A stretch of 32,000 nt of DNA from Patescibacteria group bacterium (GTDB taxonomy: Bacteria; Patescibacteriota; Patescibacteriia; UBA2591; UBA6264): NCBI GenBank assembly GCA_028713575.1, contig JAQTOB010000004.1, positions 38,393 through 70,392 on the forward strand. The letters run 5' to 3'. Positions within the stretch are counted from its first letter, which is position 1. The number at the start of each line of letters is the position of its first letter. Shown in pieces: positions 25,001 through 29,981 of the stretch. The notes beneath the pieces were generated by a model. That model did not search any database, was not told the DNA's origin, and saw only the letters and a list, made by a program, of their open reading frames with translations. The translations under genes were made by a program, and so were the position numbers.

Positions 25001-25785
25001 ATATCAATCAGGATATCGCCACCACTGGTCGCGACTTGAAGGTCGGCCTTGATTGTTCCGATGCTGACGACGATTGTGAAGCCATCGGCACCTCTTCAAC
25101 CGTTTTGGGCGATGCTGACAGTGAGTTAAGCGATGTGGACGGCAACTCAATGTATTTGAGAAAGTCTCGTCCGACCGTTGCTGCTGCTTCTTTACCATCA
25201 AGTCAATTAATTAATGGAACCAGAGTCATTAACAAGTTCACTGTTACAGCTGATGCTGCGGGTGCCATCACCCTTAAGAAATTCAGTTGGGACGTTAATG
25301 TGAGCGACTACAATACTGACGGTTTATCTGTCACTAATTGGAGAGTTTATGACACTGGTAATTCAACCGCTTTGGCTGGTCATTGGTCAAACGCTACAAC
25401 CACCAGCACTTCTGGCGCGATTGCCGTTACCAACGGAGCCAAGGTTATGATTGTTGAACTTGATGACGAAATCGAAATTGCTGCCGGCACTAGCAAAACA
25501 TTTGAGTTAAAAGCAGATGTTTCTAGCGCTGCCATTTACGATTCAGTCAGCTCAAGCTTACTCAACGATGATAACGACACAGCGGTTAGAACCGGCGGTT
25601 TAGCCGACCATGATACCCAAGGTGTCCAACTTGAAGGCAGTGTTGCCGTTGATTTCCTCTGGTCTGATAAGGCCCGGGGTGCCAACCACACTGATTCATA
25701 CCAGACAACCTATGATGACTGGACCAATGGTTACTTGATTGACGTGTTGCCGACCGAAACTGTCTCATTGATCTATCCTAGCTAA
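22036..25785 (+). CDS. Giant secreted surface (S-layer or adhesin-like) protein: N-terminal 'VY..G.KR' repeat module plus reiterated beta-sandwich modules
   Basis: 1249 aa with an SD (agagga) and a signal peptide (ALGTTVSMLLSLVVVMPARA). Residues of about 30-230 are homologous to the C-terminus of the 14109 protein. After that come about 8 divergent modules of roughly 110-130 aa sharing a pattern such as ...V.L.K.K.TA....V....F.... The composition is rich in T/S/A/G/D. Confidence 0.9.
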   Translation: MNKLKKLIALGTTVSMLLSLVVVMPARAVTIADGDLVMTTSSSAVYYIQGAYKRVFPHYNVYLSWGYPSDFSTVKTVSTSELASYTDANPMPFRDGALFRGTAASLGDKDATAVFYVENAQLRPVLSEQVYQALFKDTDWAKVTWVPDDLLSKFNYEMGSNLSSSSTHPDGSLVKYSNSDQIYVIESGKKRAISATAFDANRYSVANVITIDSSETYANGSAVTGVESSLLTPGWLGTTVASGALTASLYNPPAGATIPNKATNVSLLKVKLTAGNTAATISGLTFKRSDLGATTDWDTLYVYEGNDCITPNGRSLSSDDHTVEFAVNISVPANGYKVLELRGDLKAGGATANNRHAFQITEVATSATVSGLPLTGNVMIVGSVNVTTAIISAGTLPINPSVGAQDAEIANFKIQAGDNDITFSQIVFTFAGTMSRGDITNLNLYLLGETESLASVSGIASNDTFTLTLDSPYVITKGQTKNFVLRADLTGEVGRTLEMYMEETYHLAVSDNEYNFGAAVTNSFGNADVTALTLQGGEITMADNGPLAGNVAQNQQDVVLTKIAITADRSIEVRKLFVTLASDVAGAANPTDGVSDLRIKDEDTGQTLMTPTSAVGTTISGNYLMTGTFNLTANTTRNLVITVDIGVDAGDALDGKYVSADLKMVDRSDDSVADNSSGEEAQMRDSSTGDWILTADIIPISVSGEHQTIQTPALTTAVASTPVSGLTSIKGASKVDGIGIVFTAGDASAVSLRQFSVRAYVNSAATFLATNEDTSPTGEVTTVYLYDDSGTLLASKTLSATSANHDYGAATFSGLTVTIPAGENKKLTVKFDVNSTLEAARYVAFGIDDASITAYDSEGSTVDVTGDLNFYASDLSVPTHYTYLDTGGALTMAQDPSTPDSDIVLAGATDVIMSKIKFTATKEDWTVSKLRVEMATSANESSVSKVKISYPGGSATGTLSGGFAKFTGLNWLIEKDTEEILTISVDLADINQDIATTGRDLKVGLDCSDADDDCEAIGTSSTVLGDADSELSDVDGNSMYLRKSRPTVAAASLPSSQLINGTRVINKFTVTADAAGAITLKKFSWDVNVSDYNTDGLSVTNWRVYDTGNSTALAGHWSNATTTSTSGAIAVTNGAKVMIVELDDEIEIAAGTSKTFELKADVSSAAIYDSVSSSLLNDDNDTAVRTGGLADHDTQGVQLEGSVAVDFLWSDKARGANHTDSYQTTYDDWTNGYLIDVLPTETVSLIYPS

Positions 25786-25788
25786 ATT

Positions 25789-26150
25789 CTTTGGAGACCA
25801 GGTCTCCAAAGATAGATATAACGTTTGACTGAAGCGCGTGTCCGCCTCTGGTGGACTAAAATCAGTCCATCTGGAATAATATAATAAAAATATTAGTTCC
25901 ATCGCCAAAATCCCCTTAACAGGGGATTTTGGCTTTTAAAAGGGCGCAATACCTGCCTATCGGCAGGTTTTGGAGACCAGGTCTCCAAAAAAAGTCTCCA
26001 AAAAAATCTTGCGAGGTTTTTTAGTTTTAGAGACCAGTTTTTTGGAGACCTGGTCTCCAAAAAACCCTGCGAGGCCTTTTAGGGATTGTTTTTTTTAAAT
26101 TAAAATATTATAATAATTGGAGACCTAATTTGGAGACCTGGTCTCCAAAT
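25789..26150. repeat. Cluster of REP-like palindromes TTGGAGACC-W-GGTCTCCAA with half-sites
   Basis: Full palindromes lie at 25789-25811, 25968-25990, 26038-26064 and 26128-26150. Half-sites lie at 25994-26006, 26025-26037 and 26117-26125. A co-repeated CTGCGAGG motif lies at 26009 and 26067. Confidence 0.9.
25904..25937 (+). terminator. Rho-independent terminator downstream of the 1249-aa gene
   Basis: A perfect 13-bp stem GCCAAAATCCCCT-taac-AGGGGATTTTGGC is followed by TTTT. Confidence 0.7.
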
Positions 26151-26174
26151 TACTCCAAATTAAAAAATAGCCTT

Positions 26175-26885
26175 ATGAGAAAAATTAAATTTGTTAATGA
26201 TGAGTATTATCATATTTATAACCGTGGAGTAGATAAACGGATTATTTTTGAGGATAAAGATGATTTAAAAAGATTTTTCCAAAGTATGAAAGAGTTTAAT
26301 GTTTTAGAGCCAATAGGTAGCATTTATGAAGCGGTTCGTTGTAAAACTTTTAGAGAAACTTTTGGAGACCAAGTCTCCAAAAGTTTTACAAATAATGAAA
26401 GATTGGTTGATTTTATTTGTTACAATTTACTTCCCAATCATTATCATTTCATTTTAAAACAGTCAGTTGAAGATGGAATTAAGAAATTTATGCATAGACT
26501 CGGATTGGGTTACGCAATGTTTTTCAATCAAAAGTATAAGCGCAACGGTTCATTGTTCCAAGGACCGTTTAAGGCGATTCATATTGATTCCGAAGCTTAT
26601 TTGCTTCACTTGAGCGCTTATATTAATTTGAATCATAGGGTTCATTCTAAATTTGAGGATTTTGGAGACCTTGAGGATTTTGGAGACCTGGTCTCCAAAA
26701 GATATAAATCAAGCTGGGAGGAATATTTGGGATTAAATCAAGAAAAATTTTGTCAAAAGGAAATTCTTTTAGACCAATTTGACACAATAAAAAGCTATAG
26801 AGAGTTTGCCGAAGAATCATTAAAAGGAATAAGAGAAAGAAAGGAAATAAAAAAGTTTCTTTTAGATGATCAAATAATTGGTTGA
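26175..26885 (+). CDS. Y1/HUH tyrosine transposase of the IS200-like / REP-associated (RAYT) type
   Basis: It carries YHIYNRGVDKRIIF..., an HUH motif in LPNHYHFILKQ, GSLFQGPFKAIHI, and a catalytic-Tyr helix LSAYINLNH. The ATG at 26175 is preferred over the TTG at 26130, which lies inside a palindrome. The CDS contains in-frame copies of the flanking palindrome. Confidence 0.8.
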   Translation: MRKIKFVNDEYYHIYNRGVDKRIIFEDKDDLKRFFQSMKEFNVLEPIGSIYEAVRCKTFRETFGDQVSKSFTNNERLVDFICYNLLPNHYHFILKQSVEDGIKKFMHRLGLGYAMFFNQKYKRNGSLFQGPFKAIHIDSEAYLLHLSAYINLNHRVHSKFEDFGDLEDFGDLVSKRYKSSWEEYLGLNQEKFCQKEILLDQFDTIKSYREFAEESLKGIRERKEIKKFLLDDQIIG

Positions 26886-26921
26886 TTGACAAACGGTTAA
26901 TTTTCTGATAAAATTTGGCAT

Positions 26922-28343
26922 ATGAAGATTAAAATTATTGCCATTTTTATTTTTGTAATTTTGCTGTTTCCGGGCAAGTTATTTGCTTCTGCCGCGCCGA
27001 TTGAAGAAAAATACTGGTGTGGCAATTTTGTTTCTTCTGGTTCTTGCGACCGTGAGCGAAGCAATGTTGACTGGGAAAATAAAACTATGGTTTTAAATAA
27101 AAGAGACGACAATACTTATTCATCTTCCAGTATTTGTTGGACCAATGAAATAAGGTTTGGAAAACATATTCACTCCATTACGAATTTAAGTGGCGTCTAT
27201 TCTTCGCCCGGCGGGACAAGCGTTAAAGCTTTTTTTCGTTTTGGCGATGCGGAAGAAGAATATCTTTTAAACTGGGGAGGAATTTATGAACCCAAAGAGG
27301 CGTTTAAAAGTTTTCGCCTGAAAATATTTCTTGCTTCAAATAATTCTGCCGTTTCTCCCAATGTTTCTCAGATTTGTTTTAAAGTAAGATTGCAAGACCG
27401 CTCAATTGAAGGAATTAAAAGTCGGGACAGAACGAGGGTTTCTAATTTGGAAAAGACTAAAAATGTTTTAAAAAAATATTATGAAGATTTTAATCAATAT
27501 CCTGTTGTTGATATTCAGCCAACCGAGAAACAGCGTCAATGGGATTTATTAAAAAATACTTTATCTTCTGCTTCTTTTAATCATTACGAAAATTATACTC
27601 GTGGTTTTATTGATCAGCCCGAAAATGTTAGTGAGGATTATCAATATGGTTATTTAACCAGTTCTCTTGGTCTGTATTATCTTCTTTGGACAAAATTGGA
27701 AGATATTAATTCCGAGCGTTTTGAAAATTCTTGGACCGGAGAAATTTTAAACGTGGATTGTTCTCCGCCGATTTATTGCATTTATTCTCGGGCCGATGCC
27801 GACCCAGAGGTCTTGTTAAAAGAATTTAATAATAAACAAAAAAAGGAAAATATTGAGGATGCGGAATTTATTAGAACGCCGGACGATTCCAAGGTTTGGC
27901 TAAAGACAAAAAATCGCCGCGTTTGGCTAAGAACCCCGGAGATTTTTAATCAAGCTAATGGGAACTGGGATAAAATAACAATAAAAAACACCCTGGCAGA
28001 TGTTCCTTTATTAAAATTCATTAAATTTAAAGACAAAGAAGAGATATATTTAGTTAGCGAGAAAGGGTTTAAAAGGCACATGTCTAACAGTCAAATCCTT
28101 AATTTTTATGGGCAAATTTCAGAAATTGTTGTTTTTGATAATGAAAAAATTATTAATCTTTTACCCGAAAACCGTTTAATCAAAGGCAAGGGACTGTCAG
28201 AAGTCTATTTTCTTGACCAAAAAATAAAAAGATGGATTACTTCTCCTGAGGTTTTCGCAAAAATGGGATTTGATTGGAATGAAGTAGTAGAAGTGGACCC
28301 CCGGGAATTAGATTATTATCCGGAAGCAACCCCGATGTTTTAG
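26922..28343 (+). CDS. Secreted protein with an internal pilin-like (GspG-fold-like) segment and C-terminal 'VY..G.KR'-type repeats
   Basis: 473 aa with a signal peptide (IIAIFIFVILLFPGKLFASA). SRDRTRVSNLEKTKNVLKKYYEDFNQYPV...DYQYGYLTSSLGLYYLLWTKLED resembles the conserved post-helix core of CPR pilin or pseudopilin proteins. The C-terminus has three approximately 50-aa repeats (KVWLKTKNRRVWL.., EIYLVSEKGFKRHM.., EVYFLDQKIKRWI..). Confidence 0.75.
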   Translation: MKIKIIAIFIFVILLFPGKLFASAAPIEEKYWCGNFVSSGSCDRERSNVDWENKTMVLNKRDDNTYSSSSICWTNEIRFGKHIHSITNLSGVYSSPGGTSVKAFFRFGDAEEEYLLNWGGIYEPKEAFKSFRLKIFLASNNSAVSPNVSQICFKVRLQDRSIEGIKSRDRTRVSNLEKTKNVLKKYYEDFNQYPVVDIQPTEKQRQWDLLKNTLSSASFNHYENYTRGFIDQPENVSEDYQYGYLTSSLGLYYLLWTKLEDINSERFENSWTGEILNVDCSPPIYCIYSRADADPEVLLKEFNNKQKKENIEDAEFIRTPDDSKVWLKTKNRRVWLRTPEIFNQANGNWDKITIKNTLADVPLLKFIKFKDKEEIYLVSEKGFKRHMSNSQILNFYGQISEIVVFDNEKIINLLPENRLIKGKGLSEVYFLDQKIKRWITSPEVFAKMGFDWNEVVEVDPRELDYYPEATPMF

Positions 28344-28416
28344 TTAAAATATTTTATTAGATGGAATTTTTTAATTTCAAAATAATAAAATAACTAATTA
28401 AGTTTAATAAAAAAAT

Positions 28417-28703
28417 ATGATTGAGGAAAAAACTTTTTTAAATCAACAAAATCAAAAACAAGAAAAAAACAAAATCGGACAAAAGAAGAGGCCCAACAAG
28501 AATTAATTGAAAAGTTTGGATTAAGAAAAACCTCTGATTTTCAATTAGCCTTGCAACAAGGTAAAATTGAATTGGCCGAAGCATGGCTGGATTACATTGT
28601 GGGGAATAAAGAAAATTTTCCTCAATATAAAGCTACCTGGGACAGTTGGTTGGAAGATCGCCGAAGAGAATTATTAGATGCTAAAAATTTAAATAAGACA
28701 TAA
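28417..28703 (+). pseudogene. Small ORF split by a frameshift in an A-rich tract (hypothetical)
   Basis: The ATG at 28417 opens a 29-codon frame ending at TAA 28504-28506. A second frame is open from 28425 to TAA 28701-28703 (...EEAQQELIEKFGLRKTSDFQLALQQGKIELAEAWLDYIVGNKENFPQYKATWDSWLEDRRRELLDAKNLNKT*) but lacks its own ATG. The frames overlap across caagaaaaaaacaaaatcgg. Confidence 0.3.
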
Positions 28704-28918
28704 AAGGAAGCTATCCCTGTGGAAAACTTTTTTGACAAAAAAGAAATATAAACTATTATGAATTAAAATAATAGAAAGTAGAAAAAAATAAATGGAGAGG
28801 CGTAGGAGTAAACAAAAATTTATTTTTTTAAAAAAGTTAATAAATTTTATCAGCTAATTTTAAGTACCCTTAATTGGTATTTTTTTTGTTTATAAAAATA
28901 TGTTAATTTACTGGATTC

Positions 28919-28957
<39 letters not shown>

Positions 28958-29036
28958 TTTTTCGGCGATTTTTTAATTTCTATAGATACTGTTTTTAGAC
29001 AGTATTTTTATTATAATTAAAAATTCTAAAAAATTT

Positions 29037-29945
29037 ATGAAAAAAATATTAAAAATTTTATTAATAGTCTTTTTTTGTTTTGTCGTCGCTTATGGAATAA
29101 GAATTTTTTACGGTTTATGGATTTTGCGCCATGTTTCTTCAGGCGACCAGCTTAAAATAGCGCGATCAGCCTATGAAAGTTGCCTTGCTCGAGGGGAAGA
29201 AAATTGCGAATCTTATTTAAACAGGGGAATAAAAATGTCTTTAGAAACTCAAAAGAAAGAATTGATGGATAGAATGTTGGATGAAAATAATTTAACAGAA
29301 GACAGATTATTGGCCTTGGATATGTTTTATAGATACTGCCGCAATGAGGATGAATTCTTGGGTTGGGAAGAGGCCGAACTTTATTTTTCCATTACTAATA
29401 ATAAGGAAGAGTCAGGAGAATTGCGCAGCGAGGCGGCCAAATATCTATTACAGACAAAAACCAAAGACGAAACAGTTAGTAAATTGCAAAAAGAGGCCTT
29501 AGAAGGAACAGAAACGAGCATTGAGTATAAAAGAGCGGCCCTTCAGGGCGTGGCCGGCTTAGAAGATGACGAAGCGATAGACGCTTTAATAAAAGCGCTA
29601 AAAGACGAAACAGGAGAAATTAGTGTTAAAGCGCACAGCGCTTTAATTGCGATGGGATTAAAAATAGAACAAAGAATTCCTCAATTTTTAGAAATTAGCA
29701 TTGATGAAAGCGAATCCCTTTTAGCCAGAAATAATGCCCTTGATATAATTAGTTCTTTGGCCAAAAATTATGGAATAAAAAATCAAGAAGCGATTGAAAA
29801 ATTAAAATCCTTAATAAAACACCCTCATTACGTTATTCGTTCTTCAGCCGCTGAAGCCCTTAAAGCAATGACCGGCAAAGAATATGAAATTGAACCAGGA
29901 ACCCAAGAAGAAGAGGAGGAGCTTTTAGACGCTATTCTTTTTTAA
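29037..29945 (+). CDS. Membrane-anchored HEAT-repeat protein
   Basis: 302 aa with an N-terminal TM helix (ILKILLIVFFCFVVAYGIRIFYGLWIL). HEAT/PBS-lyase-like repeats are present (AALQGVAGLEDDEAIDALIKALKDETGEISVKAHSALIAMG; HPHYVIRSSAAEALKAMTG). Confidence 0.75.
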   Translation: MKKILKILLIVFFCFVVAYGIRIFYGLWILRHVSSGDQLKIARSAYESCLARGEENCESYLNRGIKMSLETQKKELMDRMLDENNLTEDRLLALDMFYRYCRNEDEFLGWEEAELYFSITNNKEESGELRSEAAKYLLQTKTKDETVSKLQKEALEGTETSIEYKRAALQGVAGLEDDEAIDALIKALKDETGEISVKAHSALIAMGLKIEQRIPQFLEISIDESESLLARNNALDIISSLAKNYGIKNQEAIEKLKSLIKHPHYVIRSSAAEALKAMTGKEYEIEPGTQEEEEELLDAILF

Positions 29946-29981
29946 AATTAGAATAAAAAATATTTTTTTAATGTTATTGCT

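Noticed and set aside
15772-25768. Numerous 60-130-aa ORFs, same-strand out-of-frame or antisense, inside the two giant genes (for example 17723-18118 -, 23901-24254 -, 22683-22931 -)
   Set aside because: They are fully nested in long, well-supported coding frames and have biased low-complexity composition typical of off-frame translation. No independent signals support them.
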